Shown: piece by piece, positions 50,668-62,611 of the stretch
How the letters are laid out: every line of letters begins with the position of its first letter
How positions within the stretch are numbered: the stretch's first letter is position 1
Origin: Squalus acanthias
Lineage: Eukaryota
Assembly: GCA_030390025.1 (NCBI GenBank)
Contig: CM059432.1
Coordinates: forward strand, 58,096,001 to 58,160,000
Length of the DNA: 64,000 nucleotides
Reading direction: 5' to 3'
Notes under the pieces: model-generated
Seen by the model: only the letters and a program-made list of their open reading frames with translations
Told to the model about the DNA's origin: nothing
The model's database searches: none
Program-made: the position numbers and the translations under genes

Positions 50668-53307
50668 CTAGAAGCGGCTTGCTATCAGCCATTGACGGAC
50701 GGCCCTTCCAGTTTCAACATTGTGGGCCTCCCTCCCGCCTTGGTGCTGCTGCTGATCATCCTCCTCCTCTTCCTCCTCCTCCTCCGGTGGTGCTCCAAGG
50801 CCTGGTGGCATTGGCTGGGTCCTGAGGATTGCCAGGTTATGCAGCATGCAGCACACAACTATGCAGAGGGAGACTCACTCAGGCGAGTACTGCAGGGCTC
50901 CTCCTGAGTGGTCCAGACAGCGGAACCGTTGCTTGAGCACGCCGATTGTGTGCTCAACGATGTTCCTGGTGGCGAGATGGCTCTCGTTGTACCGCAGCTC
51001 AGCAGGGGTGTTGGGGGTACGGAGCAGGTGTCATCAGCTAGCTGCACAGTGGATAACCCTTGTCCCCGAGGAGCCAACCACTTGGCTGATGTGGTGCCTG
51101 GAAAAGGTCTGCCACAGTAGTCTGACGTAGGATGAATGCATCGTGGCTGCTGCCAGGATAGCAGGCATTGACAGCGAGTATCAGCTGTCTGTGGTCACAG
51201 ACCAACTGGACATTTAGGGAGTGGAATCCCTTTCGGTTGCGGAAATCCTCTGCATTCTCATGCGGTGCACGCAATGCCACATGCATGCAGTCAATGGCAC
51301 CCTGCACCATGGGGAAGCCCGCTATCCTCGCAAAGCCCAATGCGCATTCATGCTGTTTGGCCCGGGTCATCGGGAAAGAGATGTACTGTCGTCTCCTTTG
51401 TAGGGGGTGGTGGTTTGTGTCAGCTTCACCTCTGACTTCTGAGCGGTTCGAATCGCTCCCACTCCCTTGGTTCTAGACCTTGGACTTATTTGGGGGTTGT
51501 GATAAAAAGTGCAGCAGACAACTGGTTTTGATGCAAGAACTTTGATCTTTATTTAAGAAAGTAAAACACAACACAAACACTCTTAACACTCTAAAGGTGG
51601 GGAACACTTCGGTACAAGCGAGGGAAATAACATTAAAAAGAATACTTCACCCCTCCCAATCCCACTTCACTAGCTAGGTTGGACTCCAGAGGACCAGGGA
51701 TGATACTCACCAGAATCCTTGACAGTTAGGCTAGTTCGCGGTTTTGGGGTTCACTCTATATGTCGATTGGTGTCTGCCGTACCCTGTACACGGTAGAGGA
51801 CTTCAACTGCGTATCTGGTCAGTCTTCGCGAATCCGCTGATGCGGTAGGGTGCGTATTGGATCTATCAGGTGAGTACCCACTTTTCTTTAGTTTAGAAGT
51901 AGGGTTTAGAGTTTTTTAAGGGAAAATCTTACCCAGGGGTAAGTCAGGAGTAGATTGTAGAGTGGAAACTTTGTGGTTCTTCGGTTTTCCTTCGAGTTGG
52001 TTTTCTTTGGTCGCGGTGGCCCAAATACTGGTACTTGGTGTTTGGTTGGTTGTTTCTTGAGGGCCTTGTTGCCGCGAGGTGTCCGATGGTCACTGAGGTG
52101 GTCGTTCTGGGTTCGTCTCGTGTCAGCCTACTTTGTTGGATGGTCTGGCCTTCGAGCTGTCAACCTCCTGGCTGGACACGGAACGCTGAACGGTGTTGGT
52201 TTTAGAACTGTGTTGCGGAGAATGCCTCCGTTGATGTCTTCTTGTTCTTCCTTCCTCTTCTTCTTTTCAGGTTGAGAACAGGCCTTCAATTATACCCATT
52301 GAAGGTTCCTTATCTGCGCGCCAAATCAGGTCTCGGTCTTTGTTAGTTTTGGCGGGCTCGTTATCGGTAACTGGTTTGCTAAGGTGTGAAGTGGTTCCGG
52401 GATGGCCCCATCCCATTGATGTGCCACTTAATCGGAGTTTGATCGTTCTTATGTTTTGGGTTACTTGGTTGGGCCTGTAATTTCTATAGGGTAAGCCGAA
52501 GTAATTTGTTTTATGCATGTCTTAATGGGCTCTGTAGCTTGGGGTGGAGACTGTTCTCCTCGGGTTTATTGTTAGGATGCTAATGTCTGATGGGGGCCGA
52601 TTTACACTCCCAGCGAGATCATACGGTTCCCCAGACAGTTCCCATTAGCTCCAATACCCAAACTGTTTTTACAGAAGTTGTTCCCACCTTCCTTCAAAGC
52701 CTTTTCTCCCCTACAAGCCCAGACATGTTTTAAAAATACCAAAATCTTGGTTTTTGCTCGAAAAGTCCTTCGGTTAGGCCCAATGCACTTCACCACCCTG
52801 TAATAGCTAGAAAAGAGTCCAAAGTCTTTTTCCTTCGGGTTTTTCTTAGAGTTAGGGGGATCTGTGAATTTTGAGAATCTTACACCTTTTATAGAGGGCA
52901 TTTGTGACCTGACGGATGCAGCAATGGACAGTGAACTGGGAGATATTGGTGATGTCCCCAGTAGCTGCTTGAAAGGAGCCGGTGGCATAAAAGTTCAGAG
53001 CCACTGTGACCTTCACTGCCACCGACAGAGACGTCCTGGTCCTCAGTAGAGACTGCAGATCTGGCTGCAGCAGGTGGCAGAGCTCAGTGACCACCTCCTT
53101 GCTGAAGCGCAGCCTTCGCAAACACTGCTCCTCAGACATAGTAATGTAGGAGAATTGTGGGCGAAATACCCTGGGAGGGTAAGGTCTCCTGTACAGAGGC
53201 CTGTTGGCCCTCCTCCGTCTGGCCATGATTGCCACTCTCTCTCTGCGTCTCTGTGGCCTCTGAATCTGCCGGCACAGGACGACGCCCCCAATCAGTGCAG
53301 CCCCCAT
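50668..53307 (-). pseudogene. HARBI1-like transposase disrupted by LTR, stop and frameshifts
   Basis: MGAALIGGVV start; removing the LTR and one TSD restores ALYKRRRQYISFPMT; TAG at 51038-51040. Confidence 0.9.
51399..52884 (-). mobile_element. Solo LTR (1486 bp)
   Basis: TGTAGG...CTTACA; TSD CCTT (51395-51398, 52885-52888); minus-strand AATAAA 51548-51553 and GGGTATAA ~52290-52297. Confidence 0.9.
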
Positions 53308-54887
53308 AGTCTCTTGGCAATCAAAGTAATGAAGGTCAAAAACAAAAGTACCTGCAAAGTGATGCTCAGTAGCCAAAACTACTTCACACAGCGTTGACTC
53401 TATGCAGAAGTCTCTCCTTCTCTCTCTCAGAATCTCTCTCTCTGTCAGAACGAGTGGTGCAAAAATGTCTACCACAGAAAAAGCCAGGAAGAGGCTGCGT
53501 TTAAATAGCGCCCCCCCCCCCCCAGCCCCACAGCAACTGGGAAACGTTCCAGTCTACCCGTCGTTGCTTGCACCAGGCGGAAAGGAGTGGGACGCCACTC
53601 AATATCCACTTCAGGGCACCACAAGGGCATTGCACGCTCGAATGACGTCAAGATCTGCGTGCGCAGGAGATCGGGGCGGTATTGTTTAGCGCCGCCGCAA
53701 AATGTCTGGTCAATTTCGCGAGTGGCGCAGATATCACCGCGCCCGCACGCTAGTTGCTTTGCGCCCCATTAGCGCCCTCTTAAGGGGCTAATGGGAGGTG
53801 CAAACCAACTGAATTTTTCCCCCAAAGAGTTGGAGACTACAGAGCCGCCTCTGAAGCCGAGAATCGCTTTGTCCGATTAAAGCGAGTCTGTTATCCCATT
53901 TGAGAGTTCAATATTTATACCCTTTTCCCGTGGTATTTCCTTTAAGGTTTTCTGCTGATGCAAGCTAATTATCTCTAGTCATTTTTCTGCCGACCTCTGC
54001 AACTCTTACTGCCACCTCAGCCAAACTCATGTCTCATCTCTAGGTGTTCTAAGTTTACCATTTAAAAACGGTGTGACGGCACGTGTTCCTTACTTTATGT
54101 CATCTTTACGAGGACAGATGTTCCTTATCTTATGTGTTTCGTTCCCAAAAGTTCAGCCTGTCGGAGCCCTTCACCTTCTGTTTCAATAAGGTTATTTATT
54201 CAGGGTCAACAACTATCTTATCTCAATAGCCAGAATGCTTTCATAGCTATTTCATAGTTAGGTTTCTAAATTTCCAAACCCAGTTTGTTATGTTTTAATA
54301 AGGCCAGAATTCTTTCATAAGATAGTGTATGTTTCTGAGTAGGTTATATGGCTTATTCCTTCACAGGCTGCTGTGTTTTAGTATGAAGCAATGGGTACTG
54401 AGGTGGCCCTTATGCCCCCTCTGGCTCACTCACTAATTCCCAAGGGTAGATGTCTTTGGGTTGGTGTTTGCTCGGGAGACAGTGAGTGATAGTACATGTT
54501 CAGAAGTGCTGATAGGGTCGGATATAGAGCGGTCCAGTTTTTCATTCCCTCTTTCTTCTTTCTCAGGCACATCTAAACCAGGAAAAGAAGAGAGGTTAAA
54601 ATGCATTGTTGTGGATTAGAGTTGATGTGATTTTCAGTAGGAGTTACATGAGTGTTTCATGATCTAGTTTGCTAATATGCAATGTGGAATTCAATGCAAT
54701 CAGAAACTTGAAAGGTTCACCTAAACTAATAAATTGTATATGTGTTTCAGATATGCAAGCAAAACTTCTGAAGTAAGGTTATTTATCAGCCCTCTCTTTC
54801 CCACTATGGAAAAACCCTTTTAAGGAAATGCCCTCATACTCAATCCTGTAGCTGTGCATTATAGGGTGAAACCATTGGAAAATGGAA

Positions 54888-55167
54888 AAGCAAATTACTG
54901 CGAATGCTGGAAATCTGAAATAAAAACCGAAAACAGATGATCTTTTGTCATTTAATCTCTCCTGCCTTCCAATCTATCACAGACCTTCCCTTTTGTTCTT
55001 TCCTCTTCTCCCTCTTTCCCTGCCTCTACTTGCTTAAAACCTGTTATATCTCTATAACTATTTTCAGTTCTGACGAAAGGTCATTGACCTAAAACGCTGA
55101 CTCTGTTTCTCTCTCCACAGATGCTGCCTGACCTGATGAGTATTCCCAGCATTTTCTGTTTCCATTT
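54888..55167 (+). mobile_element. Short Penelope-like pLTR insertion (second family)
   Basis: 15-bp TSD CATTGGAAAATGGAA (54873-54887, 55168-55182); decayed hammerhead at 55066-55102; short inverted segment at the left end. Confidence 0.75.
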
Positions 55168-55349
55168 CATTGGAAAATGGAACTCAGATTATAGGCCAAA
55201 TTATGCGTTGCGCAGTTAAGGAGACCCAAACCAACTACTTGCTAGCCCCCAACTTCAAAATACTGGCAGTTAAATTTGGTGATCTTTTGACCCATTTTTG
55301 CACAGAAAAGTTTTAGAAAAAGAATTACTTTCAATGGTGAGGTACGTGA

Positions 55350-58300
55350 TTAACCCACGCCTGTTCCTTGCTTTATAGGCAGCACATTAAATTGGTGCTG
55401 CCTGCTGCTTTACCTGATTGCTGCATGCAGCCAGTCTACCCACGCTGTTCATTGGCTGCATGCATCAGCAGGGGCCCCAATATCGTAAGTGGCTAGCACT
55501 GCTTAAAGGCAGCCTGCACCTCTTAAAAGGGAGGTGTACTGTGGCTGCAAGCTGTGGTGGGAGTCATTTGAAAAGTGAATCTGTGCTGTGATACGTTGAT
55601 GAATGGCTGAACATGCGAGAGAGCGTGCACCAAGGTTTTCAGACACTGCACTGGAGGTCTTGGTGCAAGACGTGGAGAGAAGGAGAGATGTCCTATATCC
55701 GCATGGTAGGGGGTGGGGGGAGGGCACAGGAGGCCCTCCAGACACATGCTCAGGAGGAAGTGGGAAGAAGCAGCGGTAGAGGTCAATGCCAGGAGTGTTG
55801 CTCCAAGAACATGGATGCAGTGCAGGAAGAAGTTTTACGATCTTACATGACTTGCCAAGGAGAGTGAGTTCATCTTCAAATGGCATATCGTACAAACTGC
55901 ACCACTAGCCTCATCCACTGCTCAGTTCACTATACCCCCATCACCCACCTACCAACAATCTCTATCAATCAGTACTCAACCCTTCAATTCATATGCTTTA
56001 CCTCAACCTCACACACGTAGCACTATTGCACCCACAACTCACAGCCCGCACACACTGGCAGCCATGACATCCACATCAGACAAACAAATTGCAGGACACT
56101 CACTGACACACTTAGCTCTTTCTTGCAGGAGAAGGTGATGCATAACAGCAGACAGCAGGAAAGAACTGGAGGACAAGCGCACCTGCATGTTTTAACCCCC
56201 ATGGAGGAGACAGTGCTGGCCATCATGGGATGGGGCATTACTAAGGCTGTGGCCATCAGTGGCGCTGGAGCAATCGATGATGAAGGTCTCTGCATACTTA
56301 ATCCTTCTTCTCACTTCGCACTTCTCCCTCATCCAACAATCTCTTCTCACTTACAAGCTGCAGATGGTGTAAGCATGCACTTCTTACTTTCTCCTCTCCC
56401 CTCACCATAAACCAACCGTTGCCCTGTTTTCATTTCAGATATCCAAGAACCTTCCCAGTCAGAGGAGGAAGAGGAAGAAGAAAGTGAAGATGAAGCGACA
56501 CCGTCACTCGATCTTACACTTGTAGCTACCAGCTCAGAGACTGGCACCGTGTGTATTTTAGAGGCTAGGATAGAGGAGGGATCTGCACGTAGTGTGCAGG
56601 AGCCAGGGTGGGGGGAAAGGAGAGCACAGGTACCAGCTCGCCGGAGGACGAGGTTGCACACTAGCTTTGCTGCAGAGGAGTCAGATGAGGACTTTGATGG
56701 GCAGGGTTACAGGAGAAGGTTGACGGGTGTACATAACCAAATGCTTGTGCACTGGAAAGCCTGCCAGAAAGCCTACGCTTAATGTCAAGGAGCATGGAGG
56801 AGTCCAGCACCAACTTGGCACATGGCTTTGAGCAGAGCATGGAGCCCATCATTTCCAACATGGAACAGGTGATCAACTCCAGGATGTCCTCTCTCCGGAT
56901 GACAGCATTCCTGCTCCCACCCCTGCCACTCCGCCAGTGCACTTATTGTCAGCCAGCCAGCCCAGACTGCTGCAGCCCAGGCCGAGATGGTGCAGTCTGA
57001 AGCTGGGTCCTCTAGGCTCAGAGCTGCTCGAGGTCATCCTCCAAGGCCATCTGCACTCTCCTGAATTGTAGGTCAGCTCTGCAGCCTTCCACCATCCATG
57101 TTGCAGTCACTGGTGAAGCACCTCATAGGAGCAATAGCAAAGGCACACGAAAGACAGGCACTAAGGGAATTTACAAGGATGACTAGTTTAATTTGGCATG
57201 CATTATTGAATGAGTGAATTTATAAAATTGGATTTGAATGTGCATTTTGTAGTGGTTTTTATTTTTGTGTTGTCAGAAGGAGGACAATGTGATGGTCAGT
57301 GATAAAGGTAAGGTAAGGAGTGTGGACTATTGCTGGATGGGGAGTTGTTACTGGTCAGGTTACTGGTATCGCTCATGAATTATTTGATCAGGTAGAACTC
57401 GGGCAGAAAGGAGCTGTCTCTTCCTCTATTTCCTGTTGCACTTCCTCCTCATCCTCCTCCTGCTCCTCAGCTTCTCACTTGATAGGTGGTGTCAAGGGCT
57501 GTTCCCTCATAATGGTTATGTTGTGCAGCATACAACATACTACCACAGATCTTGATACCCACAGAGCTGAGTTCTGCAGGGCTCCTTCAGAGTTGTCCAG
57601 GCAATGGAAGCATTGCTTGAGGACGCCGATGATGTGCTCTATGGTATTTCTTGTGGCAGCATGACTCTCATTGTTGGCCTGTTATGCACGTGTGTGTGGG
57701 TTCCTGACCGGAGTCATGATCCATGTTGTGAGTGGATAACCCTTGTCTCCCAGCAGCCAGCCTATGACTTGCTGTGGTGGTTCAAATACAGGTAGAGCAG
57801 TCGACAGCCACAGAATGAAGGAATCGTGACTGCTGCTAGGATAACATGCATGATGCACTGCCTGTGGTTGCACACCAGCTGCACATTGAGGGAGTGGAAT
57901 CCCTTTCCGTTCAGGGAAATGGCAGAGTTCACATGAGGCGCACGCAAGGCAATGTGTGCACAGTCAATGGCACCCTGCATCATGGGGAAGCCTGCAATCT
58001 GTGCAAAGCTTCATGCTCACTCCGCCTGCTTGTCTTTGGCAAGAGGGAATGAGATGAAAATGTTTCTCTTTGTATACAGCACCTCAGTGACCTCCCTTAT
58101 GCAGCAGTGCACTGCGAGATGTTGCTTATAGCTCCAGCAGCAGCCTGGAAGGAGCCAGACGCATAAAAATTAAGAGCCACTGTCAACTTGACAGCCATAG
58201 GCAATGCTGTCCTTGCCCTGCTTTGAGTTTGCAGTTGTGGCGGCAGCATTTCAGTCACGACATCTTTTGTGAAGCGAAGATGTCTCATGCATTGGTCCTG

Positions 58301-58900
58301 CTGAAGTAAGAGAATTGCTCCCTAAAGACCCTCAGTGGATATGGCCTCCTGCTGAGAGCCCTTCTCCTACTCCCCCTCCTCCCTCTTCTAGCAGCTTGCC
58401 CTGCTCTGCGTGGCCTCTCTTCATTCTCTCAGTCATGTTTAGTTCCCAGAGGAAGCCCTACCAGGCCACCCATATCTGGAAGGAACTTCTTTCAGCACAA
58501 GATTTTAAATGACAAAAAAAGTACTTCAAGACCAGCCACCCTGTAGAGTATTCAAACTTTAGCCAAGTATAGCAAAGCTCCAAAAACACATACAATTGCA
58601 CCAGCAGCCAGAAGAAATAATCCAGCAACTAACCTACAAGTATTTCATGATCCCTTTAAATAACGCTGGTGGGGGCTCCTTCATTCTGATTAACGTCGTG
58701 TTCAGCCGTGCAAGGTTAAGACAGGGTGTTGGCTGGAGTGTGGAATTCGAAAATGCCAGTGGTGGCTTCAAATCAGCATTGCACACTGATTTGCGTCATC
58801 ATCTCGCTACTCTGCATGTTGCCTGCTGCTGTTAGGTGCACGCGCACAAACCCCCTTACCAAGATGGCGTCTTTGTGTGGCCGCTTAGCACCTAAAAATC
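55350..58900. mobile_element. Degenerate PIF/Harbinger two-gene element, ends approximate
   Basis: Myb (+) 55603-57186 (ERAPRFSDTALEVLV...RTWMQCRKKFYDL; EKVMHNSRQQERTGG); transposase (-) 58473-57360 (GAIDCAH, LLGDKGY); TIRs not identified. Confidence 0.8.
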
Positions 58901-60734
58901 GCATTCACACAAGTTTAAAAAATAAGAGATTCTAGTGTGAAAGGTTGTTAAGTTTCTAATGAGCTAGCACTGATGTTGTTTCCCCATAGATTGTAAATAA
59001 TAAGCAATTAATTAGACTACCTTGGTGATCAAGAAACACCTCAAACCCCATTATGTTGGAATGTCTTTGATCCCCTTTCTGGCAGCAAACAGCGGGAGAT
59101 AAAATACACAGACATATGCTGGCAGGGAGGTTGTTATGAAATAGAATGCTGTGAAGCAGTCAGGCAGCAAAGGTTACAAGAAAGTTGAAGTGCAGGAAAG
59201 AATAGTCATAAATTATCTTGTTTAAATCAAGCCAGATGAATTAGTGATGTGGGAAGCATAGAAAGTTATTTATTTTCTATTATGTGAAGATAAGTTGTAC
59301 TGTCTGAATTAAATGAGTCCAACCATTACGTATTCTGTATGTTCACCTTACTGTGAAATAAGGTAGCTCATTGATTCATATCAGGCTTGTCTCACCAAAT
59401 GTTTACTCAGTCTGTCTTTGGAAAGATTGAAGAAGTACAGGAATATCCGGTTCAGGTCACAAGGGTGTATTATTGTTAAATCCCTGGGTTACACTGTCAT
59501 TGAAGTAGATATAGGGCAGGATGAGTCAACTTACATAAAAGTAAGATGATCAGACTGGTAATGAGACTTACTGGCACCATTAAACCCAAGAAGCTATCTA
59601 TGGCAGGCCAAATTTGTAATAATTGGGGGCAGCTACCTGAGACCTGGGATTCTGAGCTGCACTGGTGATGGAGATTCAAAACATTTAAATATAGGCAGAA
59701 ATATAAGACATGAAGAAAGAATCCAGACAGTACTTATAGAGAAATGGCTATCAAGCTTGCAGATATATGGCTGCTGTGATTGGAAAGTGAAGGTGAAACA
59801 GACTACAGAGGTCTTTGTCATTTAATGCACAGGGTAAAATCTCTGGAAATAGTTCCAGATGATTTAAGAATCTTATTACTTGATCAGGAAGTGACACTCT
59901 CAAGCAGCTAGACGCATGCGCTGATCATTTAATGGCCTTGCAAGCACAGGTAAGCCAATACATGGATGGGAGACCAGATACCTCACACCATGACATGGAG
60001 AAACTTTCAGCTGCTCAAACCACCCCGGATGAGGCCGGGAGGGGGGTGGGGGGTGCAGCCAAGCAGAAGTCAGAGTTGCGAAGACATAAGTTCAGGTGTT
60101 TTGGATAGCTAGAGGCGAACCACTGCTGGTCTCTTTGGAATCCTAAAACATAAACTGTAAGGCTGTGCGAGCTCATAAGATGTGAGGCAGCCAGGTATGC
60201 AGTGACTGCTGATGTAAATAGGTTGACTCCTTACCCTCACCTGGTGAATTGAACTAAGTACGGGGTGGCTGCTTTTTCACAATAGTACATGGTGGTCTGG
60301 TGAAGCATTAACATTACGCAAAGGGCAACATTGCCTACATATAAGGACCCGTGACCAGAATTTGGTGGGAGTATTTTGGTTTTGCAGGGGTCGTGGAGAT
60401 GGGAGTTTATTCATCCATGCTATCGATGTTTTAATAGGGAATGATGAATATATTAAGGGGGGTCATAGACAGCAGCTCAGGAAAGAGATGATTCGGGTGA
60501 AGCAGCACAGGCTGGCCAGGCAGCTGGAGAAGTCGTTGACTGAGTTCTGAGGTCTGGGACTCCTCCGAGGGATGAGGCCATTTCCGGCAGAGGCTTTGCT
60601 CTTCTGGCTCTGACCACCACAGGAGCAGCAGCAAGTGGCGCATCATCGATTTTATGGGACTCACAGTCCAGGGAGACCTGGACAGTACAAACTGGGGAGG
60701 GAGGATGGAGGAGGTTGAAGTGCAAGAGAGAAGT

Positions 60735-60895
60735 GGCGGTAATTTTGACTTTGGGCAATAGTGTAAAACAGATGATATCAATTAAGCCGCCGTTATACAT
60801 CTCTCCCGATTTTGAAAATTGAGAGAGATGGAGAACGGGCGGCTGATCTGATATCACCCGTTTTACACTATTGCCCGAAGTCAAAATTATCCCCC
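60735..60895. mobile_element. ~160-bp fold-back MITE with Harbinger-like ends
   Basis: ~55-bp inverted arms TAATTTTGACTTTGGGCAATAGTGTAAAAC / GTTTTACACTATTGCCCGAAGTCAAAATTA. Confidence 0.8.
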
Positions 60896-61011
60896 GTGAA
60901 TCCAATCATAACTGCTGTTCTGTATGTTCCCCGTACTGTGAAATAAAGCTTGGTTCACCTTTGGAGAGATTGAAGAAGTATCTGTGTGAAAGACAGGGGT
61001 ATACTATTATT

Positions 61012-62611
61012 ATAAGAACATAAGAAATAGGAGCAGGAGTAGGCCAAACGGCCCCTCGAGCCTGCTCCGCCATTCAATAAGATCATGGCTGATCTGATCC
61101 TAACCGCCAATCTACTATCTATCACAGAACCATCTCCTGCATCTAACAGAATTGCACACACGAAATAGGAGCAGAATCAGGCTACACAGTCCCTGGGCCC
61201 GCTCCACTACCCACAGGGCCATGACCGATCCGAACCTAGACTCATGTCCAAATTCCTGCCCGCTCCCCGTAACCCTTAATGCCCTTTACTTCTAGGAAAC
61301 TGTCTATTTCTGTTTTAAATTTAATTAATGTTGTAGCTTCTACAGCTTTTTGTGGCAGCATATTCCATGGACCTACCACCCTCTGAGTGAAGTAGTTCCT
61401 CCTCATCTCAGTTTTGAAAGAGCAGCCCCTTATTCTAAGACTATGTCCCCTAGTTCTCGTCTCACCCGTCATCGGGAACATCCTCCCCGCATCCACCCGA
61501 TCCAACCCCTTCACAATCTTATATGTTTCAATAAGATCGCCTCTCATTCTTCTGAACTCCAATGAGTAGAGTCCCAATCTACCCAACCTCTCCTCATATG
61601 ACCACCCCCTCATCCCCGGGATTAACCGAGTGAACCTTTTTTGCACTGCCTCGAGAGCAAGGATGTCTTTCCTTAAGTAAGGACACCAAAACTGTATGCA
61701 GTATTCCAGGTGCGGTCTCACCAATACCTTGTACAACTGAAGCAATACCTCCCTATTTTTATATTCTATCCCCCTAGCAATGAAAGCCAACATTCCATTT
61801 GCCTTCTTAATCACTTGCTGCACCTGCATACTAACCTTTTGAGTTTCGTGCACCAGGACCCCCAGATCCCTTTGCACTTCAGTACTCTCCAGTTTCTTAC
61901 CATTAAGATAATAAATTGCTCTAGGATTTTTCCTGCCAAAGTGCATCACCTCACACTTTCCAGTGTTGTATTCCATCTGCCAAATCTCTGCCCACTTACT
62001 TAGCCTGTCTATGTCCCCTTGCAGGTTTTTTATGTCCTCCTCACTCACTACTTTCCCTCCCATCTTTGTATCATCTGCAAATTTTGATATGTTACACTTG
62101 GTCCCTTCCTCCAAATCGTTAATATAGATTGTGAAGAGTTGGGGACCCAGCACTGACCCCTGTGGAACACCACTAGTTACTGATTGCCAGTCTGAGAATG
62201 AACCATTTATCCCAACTCTTTGCTTTCTGTTAGATAGCCAATCCTCTATCCATGCCAGAATATTACCCCCAATCCCGTGATTTTTTACCTTAAGCAATAA
62301 TCTTTTGTGTGGCACCTTGTCAAATGCCTTTTGGAAGTCTAAATACACTACGTCCACTGGTTCCCCTTTATCCACTCTATATGTTACTTCCTCAAAGAAC
62401 TCCAGCAAATTTGTCAAACATGACTTCCCCTTCGTAAAACCATGCTGACTTTGTCCTATTAAATTATGATTATCCAAATGTCCTGTTACTGTTTCCTTAA
62501 TAATGGACTCCAAAATTTTACCTACCACAGATGTTAGGCTAACCGGTCTATAGTTACCAGCCTTCTGTCTACTGCCCTTTTTAAATAAGGGTGTTACATT
62601 AGCAGTTTTCC
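61012..62611 (-). mobile_element. Young 5'-truncated CR1 LINE
   Basis: Uninterrupted 428-aa ORF2 segment (QHGFTKGKSCLTNL, YLDFQKAFDKVPH, FADD); translation identical to 12399-13472 over the overlap. Confidence 0.95.

Larger units (their letters stand above)
48136..53823. mobile_element. PIF/Harbinger transposon (sister of 30634-34922) with solo LTR in the transposase
   Basis: 16-bp TIR GGGGGAAAA(C/A)TTCAGT, TSD AAA. Confidence 0.95.
47031..54365 (-). mobile_element. Candidate solo LTR (~0.9 kb net) split by a MITE and a Harbinger
   Basis: TGTAAC...TTCACA; minus-strand AATAAA at ~47169 and GGGTATAAA at ~53915; short U3-like repeat 54228/54301; no clean TSD. Confidence 0.5.

Noticed and set aside
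59330..59365. RSS-like CACAGTA on the minus strand and nearby VYYC translation
   Set aside because: Spacer to a nonamer-like sequence is 10 bp rather than 12 or 23; no other Ig V motifs
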